From Octopus sinensis (taxonomy: Eukaryota): DNA of 64,000 nt. The translations under genes and the position numbers were made by a program. Under the pieces are notes generated by a model. That model saw nothing but the letters and a program-made list of their open reading frames with translations, searched no databases and was not told the DNA's origin. Positions 37,950 through 51,039 of this stretch are shown here, one piece after another. The DNA is taken from positions 372,001 through 436,000 of the forward strand of contig NW_021833026.1 of NCBI RefSeq assembly GCF_006345805.1, in the 5' to 3' direction. Within the stretch, counting starts at the first letter, position 1, and every line of letters begins with the position of its first letter.

Positions 37950-38800
37950 TACTACTATAGTCAAACATTATTAACGATTCAGTCTGATTTTGCAAAAGTG
38001 GATTTATAACAGTTTGATAAAAAAATCAAGGAAATAATATTGAAAATTATCTCACATACACAAATTCAAACAGGGCTTGGATGGATACAAAAATTTTTAA
38101 AAAGTGGCTAATGAAATGAGAACACGAATTAGATAAGAAAAAATAGAAAGATTTTGACGATTATTGATCGTTTTCCGTCACATAAAATAACATTAACTTT
38201 GAAAAGAGTTGAAGTTTTATTTTTACCCGCGAGATCAACCTCACTTTTGAGCCATTAGAGTCTAGTGACTAGACCAAGGAATCATTAAATGTTAAATGAA
38301 CTTTTAACAACTTAAAGTTTAATCATATTGACAAAATTGGAGCTGGAGTTTATGTTTATTACATTAATGGATTTAATATTTTTCACTTATATTTCATATA
38401 AAAATGTAGAACCAAAATCAATTTTAAACTGTTTCAAGCATAAAAATGGATTCCAAGCAAAATAGATTGTCCAAACATAATTCCAAACGAAATAGAACAA
38501 TTTGATACTTGTATACAAAAATTACAAATTAAAGACCCATTGACTGAGCAGGATTTTATTAAATGGACTTAAAATGACGAATTAATCAAAATGTCTCAAG
38601 ATGATAAATCTGAAAATTTCGAAACAGTTCCTCGCGATGAGGCTATTGATGAAAATTTAATTGAGACCAGCAAAAATAAAAATGGGGATAAACTGAATGT
38701 GACAGACATGGAAACTTTGAACATGTTGGAAAATATTTGTCAAAAACTAAGAAAATCTAGATTAAAAGCTAAAATTACTGATTTTTGTTAAATAAAAATT
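37950..38800 (+). mobile_element. Tigger relic
   Basis: GWIQKF CENP-B remnant, VEVLF(L)PA.STSLLEPL DDE remnant, and acidic tail ending KAKITDFC. Confidence 0.5.
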
Positions 38801-38899
38801 TTTGCATGTGTTCATGAGAAAATAATTCAAAAATTGATAAAAAACCTTCTCAAATCGGCCAAATTCTCGAATTCGACACATTTAGCTCAAAAACCAAAA

Positions 38900-39350
38900 A
38901 TGGCAGATCATCGCCAAAACTTATACACCCGATCAGTACGCCCTCACATCCACTAAAAACTACTGCCTTGTACTCGTCATCAGGACTACTACTTCTGGTC
39001 TTCACACTCCAAATCCAGTCCTACCAACTATCACCACATCACTAAAGCGTGCTTCTTATATAGCTCCCGACACGTTGCCACAGCACTCCTCTTCTCCACC
39101 GGTTGGTTAGCTCGAAAATGTCTGTCCAGGTGTCTCTTTTGCGACCCTACCTGCTCGTCCCTGAAGCAAAATGCTCATTAGCCACAGGCCACACCGTCGT
39201 AGAAAATCCCCACAAATGCATCCGGTAATCTAGGACAATAAACCAAGTGGGAGTGACTCAAAAAAACAGTCCAGACTAAGATCAACTAACTGTCCGACGA
39301 CTCCTATCACAAATATCAAACCAACAACCAATTTATTCGTCAAAAATGCA
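38900..39350 (-). CDS. Small gene or fragment with a PCF11-type C2H2 zinc finger
   Basis: Splicing 25-nt and 22-nt GT-AG introns gives CICGDF...HLDRHFRAN...RELY...DWIW, similar to PCF11 CGMRF...HLDWHYRQN...RRWY...DWIEF. Confidence 0.4.
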
Positions 39351-39460
39351 GAACATAATAAATAACAAATTGAAAGTTTTATTGCAATTAACACAAAACA
39401 ACATGTTATTTAAGAAAAATTCAATCTTTTTTCTGCACCGGTTTTGAGTGATTTAAATAG

Positions 39461-40740
39461 TTAAGCATAAATACCATAAGAGAAATGACTATAACAAGTA
39501 GAACACAAAATACATATTGTAGCAAGAATCAGAAAAATATGCCACTTTCTTTCTGGATATTGAGAGATAACAAAGTAGACTCCAAACGAATAAAAACCGA
39601 CAGAAAGCACAATAATAATTAAAAGCTTCATCCAAAAAAACAATTTTGATCTCGAAGGATAAACTCGCTCGAACAAACCTTCCAACGTTCCCCCATTTTT
39701 ATAAAACATATCAAAAACTTTATCCTACCACAAAAATTACAAAAATACTTTCTCTTCAAAAGAATTATACAAAAACTGTTTTCTTTCTTCCTCCCCTTCA
39801 GGCAATTCACCCATTCTTTCAACTCTGTCAAAATTAGACAATGATCCCAACCGAAAGTGAAACTGCATTTTAAATCTCTTCCCCACGATTATATTATAGA
39901 AAGAAGGAGACTCGCTCCCATCGATACTGCTCATCAAAAATACTCCGTTGATCAAATAATCAACTTAAAATGACATTGATGATATTTACACTTTGGTTTA
40001 AGATATTCAGTCACAAAAAGAAATCCTCGGGGTCGAGGCAGTAGGAGATGTTCATATTGTGGGAGACCTTTATTCTGGGCATATTTTACAGATTCAATCT
40101 GTTTTTCGGGAGTAAATCTGGTCCCTTCCGGCAATAAAATTAGCTAAAATTGTTATGTTTATTGTTGTAACATTCACAGGCGTATAGGAAGGATAGTCGA
40201 CCAAAACAGCAATTCGACTAGCCAAAATGTCTCTGTCGCTCGCCCAGTCTCGAGAAATGAAAATATTGTCTGTCATTCGACATATAAACCCCAACAGCGG
40301 CAGGTATTGAAGGGATTTTTTCATATGGCACTTCATAGTCTATAAATTATATTTACACAAGACAACTCCAAGGGCTCCAAAGTTATCAGCCATGGCTAAA
40401 AAAAGTACAAAATCCGAACTGTATTTGTGGTTTAGAATCAGTAGATTGTGCCCATTATTCAGCACGTGACCCAAATTTCGGTCACCAAAGACCTCAATTT
40501 CGCAAAAAGTGAATGCTTCAATATAAGTGGTCATGCCTTGCAATTTTAATTGTGAATTATACTTGATAGGAAAAGTTCATAAAAGAAATGGAGGACGACT
40601 CTGTACAGTTTGGGGGCAGTGAAGCGCAGTAGTATGAATGAAGCGAGACACAGTAGTATTATTATCGTCCCTGATCCGAGGAAAATCATTGTGAAAATAG
40701 ACATTTTTGAAATATACAATAAATCATTTTTAAAACGCAT
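39461..40740 (-). CDS. 1-acylglycerol-3-phosphate acyltransferase, AGPAT3/4-like
   Basis: NHKYSSD (NHX4D motif), LQYLPLLG...FISRDW, PEGTRFT, KGLPQYEHLLLPRPRGF, N- and C-terminal hydrophobic segments. Confidence 0.85.
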
Positions 40741-41335
40741 TCTTGCGTAATGCACTTAAAATTATATTGATTATTTGAAATTCAAATTTTTAATAACAAA
40801 GGTTTTAAATAATTTTACTCAAATTGTAAAAATAGAATATTAATCGAATATTCGATTAAAATATCAATAAAGACAAAATTCTGGAAGTAGTCCTAACACA
40901 TTATACTAGTCTTATTAACTCATTAATCTAACATAACTGTTAAAAATATCCTTTGAGAATTCACCAAAGCTATTCGCCTTGGATATCTAGATGGTTACAG
41001 GACACCATTGCTAAAAGTCCCCTCTAAACGCACGCGCAAATAGTCATCGGAATTTTTCCCCAGACTTTACATTTGTGGTCGGTGAAAAGTGCTTTCATAT
41101 TTCGGATATCTTAAATAAGAACATTTTGACCTTATTTAGATATTCTTCAATTTTAAATATGCATTATTAGTCATATCCGCATTCTAATTACAGTCTTAAG
41201 AATTAAAGTCAGAATATTAAAGTCTCAGAAAAGTACCGAGAATAACCACTATTAAGTCAAGTAATGTGGTTTGGAAAACAACAAATAAATAATCCTGTAT
41301 TAATAGCATTAAATGTGTTAGAATATTTAATTAGA

Positions 41336-42712
41336 TCACCCAACTACACTTTTGATGGCTTTTGCCAAATACTCAACTCGTGACTCGACAAGACTGGCCA
41401 TGTTGACTCTCCCATTTTGCAAAATATAAACGTGCCACTCCTTCTTCAATCTGTCGATTTGATCCCCTACTATTCACACACAAAAAACAACTCGACAAAG
41501 GCGACATGAAAAAGAATCCCTTCGTAGATTTAATCTGATTCCACACCAATCCCTTCTCCTGGAGGGACAAAAACAAAATTTCCCTGACACGACGGATCCT
41601 CTCCATCATCTCCCTCAACTCGGAAGTCCTGCAATTACCAGGACTCATACCATTCATCGTACAACTCCCCAAACATAGACAATATCAATTTAGCACCGAA
41701 TCGAGGCGGACTGGAATAAGTGGCTCGAATAATGGACTCCACACTGCTTTGAATTCCGCGCTGTCCATCATTCGAAAACACCATCAAACACCCAACCCTC
41801 TCCCCTTCCATGGACTGAGGACACTACCATATAGTCCCAGGTTCTTGGAGAAAGACAGACAGACCAAAAACTCAACTCCCAACTCTGCAAAATATCGGAT
41901 TGACCACGAATCTTCCCACAAACCCGCCCCGAAGCCAAGATAGGCAGAGTCTATGACAGGGACAAGACGTCTCCTCTAAAGAATTAATATGGAAACTGCC
42001 TTCATGAGTTGTCCAATCTGTCTCCATCCGTCCTGGGAGGGGTCGAGCCCACAGGGATTCTGGCAACACCCCTGCAGTACCACCACAGAATTCTCAGGAC
42101 ATTTCTAAGAATATTTTAAAAGGAAACACCTCCAGATCTTCCAAAATGTGTTCCACGGCCAGGTAACCGTCATCCCTTGTGTCCATCCGGTAGTTTTGAC
42201 ACTGAAAACCTGCATCGGAAAATATCAGGTTGTGGGGTGCTGGACATTACTTTGAGAGTTAACCCCATGTTTTAGCAGCAGTGAGGACTGTGGTTCTTCC
42301 ACAGAACTTTGAAAGAAACTTAGCAGCCAGGTGACAGGCTCCAGTGCCTCCCAAGGTTTGGAAAGTCAGGAACTACAGAAATACACAAAAATGGACTACT
42401 TTGAACGAGGAGGCATTTTCTCCAAATACAAGTTTCCCGACGACCTGACTTAGTTGAGGATATCCAGAAATTTGCAAATATGAATGAGTATCTGCTCTGT
42501 CTTGCTCTATCATGTTCTTAGCCTTCTTTACTGCTCTGAGTACATAGACCTTCTCGTTCTCGTCGGTGTATGCTACAGTGAGCATAAATAGTACCTCCCA
42601 CAGAAAGATTCAGTTTTTCGGGGTGGGGATCCTCCATGTATTCTGCATTAAGACCGAATATTGCATCCGGAGGCATGACTTGCAAATCGCATGATAAAAA
42701 ACGTTCGGGCAT
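41336..42712 (-). CDS. GOT1: Aspartate aminotransferase, cytoplasmic type
   Basis: PPDAIFGL...DPHPEKLNLSVGAY, and C-terminal HVYILQNGRVNMASL...VEYLAKAIKSV; micro-introns. Confidence 0.88.
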
Positions 42713-42831
42713 TAGGGACTATTAATAATAATTGACTTTTATTGTATTTAATTAAAAAGAAAATTATTTTATTAAAAAACATATTCAAAATACAATTTTT
42801 TATATAACAAAATAAACTGAAAAACTACCAT

Positions 42832-45800
42832 TTATTTGAAAATAGAATTAGATAAATTAACAAGACGCGTATCCTCACTACCACTACAGAAATTGCAAAA
42901 ATCGTTCATAAGACTCATAGTAAAAGTGCCCTCTGAATTGGGGTCACTAAAGGCTGGACTCGACAAATGAAATGCATTCGTCTCGTGGTTGTACATCAAA
43001 TTCCAACTCCAAATAAAACCCGGAGCCTGTCAATAAATCAAAACACATAACCGTCGCCCCCACAGGAACTGACAACAAGTACAAGTCCATCTTAGAGTCT
43101 TCCGAAATTGGCAGAACCAGCACGTGTCCCGTGATATGCACATAATAACACGGAGGTTCCACTTTACTGACGGGGGTATGACTCAAATCCACAATCCGTT
43201 GGAACCCATAACTAAAAATAACAAAAAACAAGACGATATAAGAATGTTTTGTTGAAGAAAATCTATTTTCCGAATATCTAAAAGTCAGAAATATCATAAC
43301 TACCTCCGGGATTCCCTCCCTCTTCATGGGGATGAACAAAGGAACCCTGAAAGGGTCAATACACGATTCGGTCTTGAGGGGAAATGGATTGCAGGGAATC
43401 GGGGTTAATTTGAACTGACTGTCTTTACACACATCACAACACCGATTGATCTGCCAATCACAAACAGAGTTTACTATGTGCAGAAGATAGTCACCGGAAA
43501 TGGAGAGCCAGTCGAATTCGAACGGAAGAATCGTGTTTTCCGTCAACAAGGAATGTGTGGACATTCGACTGAACTGCAGGGACTTGGATCTGTCGCTTGA
43601 TTCAAAGCAAATCAACGAGTCAGTCACCGAAATGTCTATTTTGGCCACATATTATTAACCCGAGGCTGTTTTCTGCGCAGAATCGACTTCAATCTCAACT
43701 CCGACCGGACAAATGAAGAAATGACTGTACAGAGGACCCGATCTTGTCATACTATAGATCTTCCCAAAAAATTCAAAAACCATCCTTTTGGACCTGATTT
43801 TGAAATCATTCTATAAAGATGAAATCCGTACGCAAAACGATTCCCAACCGCGCCTTGGACACTCCGAATGGCCTTGTTATTCAACAATTCCTAAAAAATA
43901 CTGGCAATGAGAACTTGGAAGATATTAATGCATCTCTGAAAAGTTATTCTGGTGTTTGGTGACTTTAACAGCCATTGGACTGCGTCATAACTTGTGAAAC
44001 AGTCTAAAAGGGGTTCCTGGGTCACTATTGGTGGTAGGAATGGAAAACAGGTCCTTCCATAACTGAAATTAATACTTTGATGATCTCATCGATTTGATGA
44101 CATCGGAGGCCGAGGGAGATGTCTTGAGAATTCCGTGACATTTCTTGCACGTGTTTTCTGTATGGTACTACAAAAATTAATAATGTGAGTGACCTCGGTG
44201 TCTTCACCCACACTGACAAATCCACAAAGAATTTTGAGGATCATGACAATCAGATTATCGTGTCTCGGCACGTCGGGGAGTCCCGGTGAGTAAAACCTTG
44301 ACATGGTCGAAAATATTACCGATTTTTAATTAGATAGGAACATTCGACTGGAATAACCGCAAATCGTGACTTCCAGTACCGGAGTGACTAAGGTCAAGGC
44401 AATTTATCAAAACCTCTCTAAATCCGCTACAACTCGAAATGTCCCTGATAAAATGGTCGAGATAGTTCCACGGAAACACGTCCTGGTGAGGAGTTATAAA
44501 CGTCATCTCCGCTTTCCTGAAAAATTTCATGTCAGTCTGCCGTATCTGGGCCTTACACTCCACGGAAAATTCCTCACATGCTGGTCTGAAAACATTCAAG
44601 GACTCCTACCTTGATTTGTAAATCACGACGTTGATTAAATTGCCCACACGTCGCAGCACGTGGAATGTCAGTCCATCAGAAAGTCGATATTCAGTCTAAA
44701 TTGGTAGGGAAAACACACATTTGAATTTTCGTCAATTTCTGGGGAGTCTTTTGGTCTCTGAACAAGCTGAAAGTCCTAAAATTGAATCTCAGAAAAGAAC
44801 CCTCGACATCCTCTGCAATGACAGTTCCTTCAACAGTAAAAGAGGTGTTCCGTAACAGACGCGGTGTCCAACGCTATTTTGTGTTTTTCAAAAAATGGGA
44901 CCTGACAGAATTGAAAGAAGCAAAATCGAGTTGGTAGTTTATAATGTTGCAATTTGATAAAGAGACTGGCCAATAGTCCGTCGTGGGGGGAAGCAGATGG
45001 GCCATTATAAAGCTTTCGGGCACATCTAATCGCTTTTTGAGTGTAAAACAACTCGATTTAAACGTGGTGATAAAAAACTTGCTCGAATCCGGTCTAAAAA
45101 TGATTATTGGTTGGCAACTCAATTTTCTTTTCGGAAGGACGGTGGGTGATGTGTCGTTGAATTCTGTCGTCTTCGATGTCCTCCATCTAGAAAGGTCAAA
45201 TTCAAATATCACAACCGAAAACATATATTGAAGACTAGTCTTTGGGGAAGAATGTTCAGACTCATCCTCTGATGGGCTTACATTATCTAAAAATGATAAA
45301 AATGATTCACAAAAGTAAAAAATGCTTCTCCAACGCCAATTGCTCACTTCAAACGAATCACTCCAATTTCTGGCGACTTTCATTGGATGTTCCGAACAGT
45401 TGAGGTCTATGACGTATTCAGAAGTGGAGGCAGAAATATTTGTCATTCTGGGAATAGAGGGGGAGTATCGCTGTTCTTGGATATTTGTGGGTGCTGAAAG
45501 ATATGCAAATATCGGATATACGAGTAAACGACTGCATTTCAGCCGAACCACACTTTGGTAGTGAAGAGGAGATAGGACTCCTCTTTTCAGTTTTGGTGGA
45601 ATGACTATCCGAGCGACTTAGGAGCATTCCTTTTTCAAAATATTCAACGAGTCCTAAAAATAATTCAAAAACAACTTTTTTGTTGTGCGTAGTTAATCGG
45701 ATGCTAAAAAAACATAAAAAATCAAAAAAACCAGTTTGTTTGGGCGCCGAAACTCCTTTTTGGGCTTCCGAAGTCCATAAAACTTTGACACATAAAACCT

Positions 45801-47346
45801 ACACAAATTTAGAAAAAAACTAAAAACGAAGGAGTAATCCACATTGGAGTATAAAACAAATATCCATTTTTTTCTGCATCAAAAAACTAGAATCAACACA
45901 CAAAAGTAACCATGAAAAGAGGGCAAGCATGTCCGGGATAGTAGTCCAGAAAAACCATGTCGATGCATGTTCCTGAAATACATTTTGACTTTATAACCAA
46001 GAATGAGTGCCTTCTGCATTGCGATGGAAGCAAATTTCTTGGAAACCTCAAAATAGCCCGCCCCGGCGGTAATGAAAAGCACGACTTGTCCAAGTCTTGC
46101 AAAGCTCCGGTCGTTGTAATACTTGTCGAAGGCTATATGGCTTGTTGTCAGTTTAAAATACCGTCCAAAGAAATGTTGAGAGTCTCCAACAGATTTCCCT
46201 GGGCAGCAACGGAAAAGGTGGATTCCGGCATTTTATATTCTCCGTGGATTGCTCGAACCGACTCCTCGTATGTTTCGTAAGAGGTTCTCAGAGTAGTCAT
46301 TGCCGATTTCCAATTCGAGAAGGACGATGACCGCAAAATAAGCCTCGGGGTCAGAACTATCACAACACACCAGTATACATCCTCATAGAATGTTCCGTGC
46401 TCATCCACGCTGATACATGAACGGACTTGTTCAGGGAAGTCATCTTTACTTGTTTATTCATAGAATAGTACCAAGAGAAGTTGCGTTGTATACAATGCGA
46501 GAAAAATATATAATATTGACAGTGTGGTTGCACTCGTGCTTCCTCCACTCGTCAAATATTTTTTTGAGGACGCCCTCCACTGCCTTGTCGTAGTAATATT
46601 CCCCATTTCGGTCAAAAGTCCACATTTCGCAGCTCATTTGTATGTAGATATACACAACTGCACTTTTTGAGCGGAAATTGACCTTTAATGAATATTTTGA
46701 ATTTACCAACCTGGGAAGAGTGTTTTATAATTCCAAATTTGATTGGTTTTTTATTGTAGAACATGGCCTCTACCGAGCCTCTATGAATAAAAAAGTAGAC
46801 TCACGTCCAACAAGCCACTTTTCTTGAAGTCCCGACGTAAAGAAGGCATCCGACCTGTGAATTGCTAAGAATAATAAAATACCAATTCTAGTTGCCACGC
46901 TCTCAAGTCACTTCTGCTCAAATATTGTTTTTTAAATGCAATGTCCAAATAATCTGCCTCGTAAGGCTGCAAATTGTTTTTTAATAAAAATAAACCTCAG
47001 CAGAGGACTGTTTTATTTCAGCGAGTTCTCCGCCTCTTAAACCGAAAATAGAAACGAGATCCGGGCTTAGAATTATGTTGTCTGTTATTATTTGAGATTA
47101 GAGACAAAAACCGTGTAAATTGTCGAGCCACGAATCTTTGTTTATTTGCACTGGAAAAGACCTAATTTGAATTTTTTAAAATACTGCGTCTTGTAGGTCA
47201 GTTCTAAAATATTTCCAGTCGAGAACCAGTTTTTGAATGAGGAATCAAGAAAGAAATGAGTTTCGAAAAAACATGTATTTTCTGTTTTTTAAATAATTTT
47301 TACCTGGAAAGCGGTAGGTATATGATTTTATTTTAACAACAACCAT
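42832..47346 (-). CDS. DEPDC5: GATOR1 complex subunit DEPDC5/IML1
   Basis: FRSKSAVVYIYIQMSCEMWTFD, FYEDVY, AAQGNLLETLNIS, FITAGAGYFEV; C-terminal LMNDFCNFC...DTRLV resembles LLKDFTDFC..DNRLV; first intron 22 nt. Confidence 0.9.
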
Positions 47347-47732
47347 TCAACAACAACAAATTATTATTTAATTGTTAAAGAATCATTTTATATACTTTTT
47401 AATTACTTTATTATGAAAATATTATCTAATAATTTTTTGCTGTGTTGCTTAGTGTGGATTTCCAATTTTTGTTTTTCTAGGATAATCAATTGATCTAGTT
47501 TTTATTTGATATTTTTATCAATTTATTTTTTGTCTATCACTTTTCCATATGCTCCTAAGAAATCTCAAAAGTAAAAATTAATTGTGTATAACATTCAAAT
47601 GGCACGATATATTGAAACAGCAGTATTTCAGAACTTATAGTAGCACAACTTTCCAATACTAGTCAAGTTAACACTTTAAAAATTAAGAAGGATTTTTTTC
47701 TCCCTTAAAGTGGAATTCTCCATTCCATGGAC

Positions 47733-49560
47733 CAGAGGTTTCCAAGCTTTTCTTTACACGCCTCCCTTAGAAAAAATGTGCAATCCTGGGTCTCCCTTTA
47801 TATTCCATAATCTAATACAATTATTAATTTATCAAAAACAATTTTTTAAAACAAAAAGTTAGTGAGATATTTTTTCCCATCTTGGCGCAAGGTTTTTGAA
47901 ATCTTGCTGTCATTGAAAAGAGTGCTATTATTAGCTGATTAGTCACTACTAAACGAGTTCGATATTTAGATTTCATTGCAGCTAGTGCAGAAAATGTAGT
48001 TTCGCATAAATATGAGGTAGCAAATGGCAACAAAACTTTCATTGCTTTATTCGACAAAATTTCATATTCCGTACTTACATTCAACCGAAAATAAATTAGC
48101 GGTTCTCTCTCAAATTTTTGTTTCAATAATGTATCACATAACAATTCTATCAATTTTTCTTTTTCAAAAGTTGTCAATGCAAATTCGTTATCTTTTTCAT
48201 CAATAAATGGATTCTGTATCCATTCAAACGTTTTACAGTCGAGATCTTAAAAATAATGAGTAAAATGCTTCAACAAACAATCCAAATGTCCAGCAAATAT
48301 GTCTTTGCTTCAATTTTCACTGTGACGCAGAAGGTATTTAAAAGTGGAAACATGTCATAGATATTTTTTGTATATTTGATTTCCATAATACCAATTTTTT
48401 CATAAATGCTTTTATTTTGTCCTTTTGAGCGAATAAATGTAGTTGTGGTCTCTGCATTGATTTATTCAATGTACTCAATTTCCCAAAAATGTCAACTAAA
48501 TAGGCAAATTTGACAATAAAGTCATCATCCCTGAACAATTTTGCATCTTCAATATCATTTTCATTATGAAAATCTCCAACTTGATCTTTGAGTTCAAACA
48601 CCCTTCAAATCACTTTTGCACGAGATAGCCAGCGCACCTCACAATAGTATAAAAGCAATGTATATTTTGAATCCATATCTTCACACAGCTTTGCAAAAAG
48701 CTTAGCTTTTAAAGGAATGTGTTTTATGTAGTTTATAACTTTTGTAATTTGCGCAAAAATATCGTTCAGTTCTGGGCTCATATTTTTTGAGAAAAGTGCT
48801 GATCTGCGCAGCATGCAGTGCGTCCAGATTATTTCTGGTGCTCTGTTTTTTACAAGAGCTTGAAGACCAGATTTATGTCCTGACATTTACTGTGCTCCGT
48901 CTGTACAGAGTTCAACACAATTGATCCATTATATGTTGTTTTCTTCTAAAAAAGTATCAATTATATTAAAAATTTCATTGGCTGTGGTCCTTCCAGGAAA
49001 TGGTTTGCAGAATAATAGATCTTCTATTATTGTACTTTCTGCGCATATCTGACATATGCAATTAAATGTGCATTTTTATTTATGTCAGCTCCCTGATCAA
49101 CTTGTATAGCAAATTTACAGTATGTCATCAATTCTTCTAGCGACTGTGTTATCAGCTGTACTTGTTTTGCATAGGATTCGCCAAACATTGCTTCAACCAT
49201 ATCGATAGCTGCTGACAAAACTAGAGTTTTCCGATATTGTGCGGTTTCTTACATTTTGCAATCCTGTAGAAACTTTGTACGATGCTACAAAGCATTTAAG
49301 AGACAGAAACAAGTTTTTTTTAAAAATTTCGTTTGGTTATCATACTCTTCTAATTTTCTTTTAAAAAATTCTTCGGACTTATGAACATATTCAGAATGTG
49401 CGTTTCAAAATGTCTTCTAAATTTGCATGGCCTCATACTATCTGCTGCATGTGTTTTGAGCAGAAGCAAACAGAGGGGTTTTTTCAAGGAATCAACAATA
49501 AATGTTTCTGATATGCATTTTCGCAACTCCCTTGACACAAATCAGCGCCTCCCTAGGGAG
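47733..49560 (-). mobile_element. hAT Buster (ZBED5/SCAND3-like) transposon, frameshifted
   Basis: Terminus cagaggtttccaagc; BED finger remnant KPLCL...MRPCKFRRHFETH; IIWTHCML; LLYYCEVRWLSRAKV; KVLLPFATSYLCETTFSAL. Second TIR not found. Confidence 0.87.
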
Positions 49561-49586
49561 GTAGATAAATAGCTAAGAAGATAGTC

Positions 49587-49703
49587 GAGAACTTAAGGGT
49601 CACTCAACGGTAACACCCATCAGATCTAAGCGGTCGGACTCGTTTGGCAACATAACGGTCCTCAGATGGGTCGCCGGTGACCCTTTCTCCGATGTGTTTA
49701 AGT
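49587..49703. ncRNA. Structured RNA-like segment with partial 5S rRNA similarity
   Basis: Nested inverted repeats aagggtcac/gtgaccctt, cccatc/gatggg, ggac/gtcc, cgtt/aacg; ggtcctcagatgggtcgccg resembles the 5S box C region. Confidence 0.3.
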
Positions 49704-50479
49704 AATTCTACACAAATAAAGTTAATAGCAATTAGGAATCCCCTTGTGCAAGTTTGCCTTTAATTCTGATTAGTGCATGTAACACTAATTAGACATAAGA
49801 AAAGTAACAAGGAAATATCCGAATAAATTATTAGGTTAGTTAATTATTTTAATTTGCATATTTAATTTAACTTCCTTTTTGCATATCATATTTATTAAGC
49901 AGGAATGAGAACAGAAGTCGCAAACTATTGTGAGTAAACTAACCCACCATTTGCTTGCTCAAATATTAATGTTGTCTCGTGATATTCACTTGTTTTCATT
50001 TGCAATCTTTTTTCTGTAAATATGTTGGGTATCGTAAACCCCACAGTTGTCGTTTGCAAAATCCTTATATGAGAATATTTAACTATACATTATGGGTTCG
50101 GACTTTTCGGTGAATATGCACATTTTCTGCCTTTTACCAGTACTAAACAGTAAATAATTTAAAATACTGAATGTTTAGCTCACGACTGATTTTTGGAGAC
50201 TGAACAATGGTGCTAATATATATTACTTTGTATTTATTTTTTGTCAAGATGAAAATGAATTGACTGAGTTTTTAAAAACTTGATGATTATCTTCAATGTT
50301 AGGATTTCCTAATATTGAATGTTTGGGAACACAAATCTACAGCCAAACATCGAATTGTCAGCGTGATTCTTGAATTGTTGTTGATATTTAAAAATCCAAG
50401 ATTACACACGCAGTTTCAATGATCCCTCTTTGATAATTTGAACTAAATATTTAATTAGTTAGTTAATACCACTTGTGTA

Positions 50480-50790
50480 CAAGGTTTTGCTCATGCCTTA
50501 TACTTAACTATCCTCCCAGTCAGTCTTTTCCATCCAGCCCTGTTCCTTGCGCGTTTGCAAATGTCCTTAAGATCGTCACCAGCTTTAAGTCGGTCACCAA
50601 TTCCCGCGTAATCATTTCTCAGGCAGAGGGGAAGCGTGCGTCTTGGCCGACCACGAAATCCAATTCCGTGATTAAAGAAGTATTTTTACATGATTTGATT
50701 GCAAGAAATCATTTCGACCATTCTCAGGACATGTTCAAAAGTAAATTCCTTGCCAATCGGCGTGCATTTACATAATTTGTAGAGAGTATC
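50480..50790 (-). mobile_element. RTE LINE 3' fragment
   Basis: FRGRPRRTLPLCLRNDYAGIGDRLKAGDDLKDICKRARNRAGWKRLTGRIV aligns with the C-terminus of the RTE ORF at 55889-57301. Confidence 0.7.
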
Positions 50791-51039
50791 GTTTTTGATA
50801 ATCTGTGGCCATTTGATACTTACCTTTTTCTCAATTGCTTTCTATAAAAAGTCCGTTTTCGAGAAATGATAAATTTTAAAAAATGTCGGACAAAACCTGA
50901 CTGTTCAAATAGGTTTTAAAAGTAAGTTTACGGGACAATTAAAGTTAATCTTTTTTTTGACTTTGCCTAACAATATTGACTTATTTTAATTCATTAATCT
51001 TTTCTAAATAACCTTGATTTGGTAACGTGCTCATCTTGC

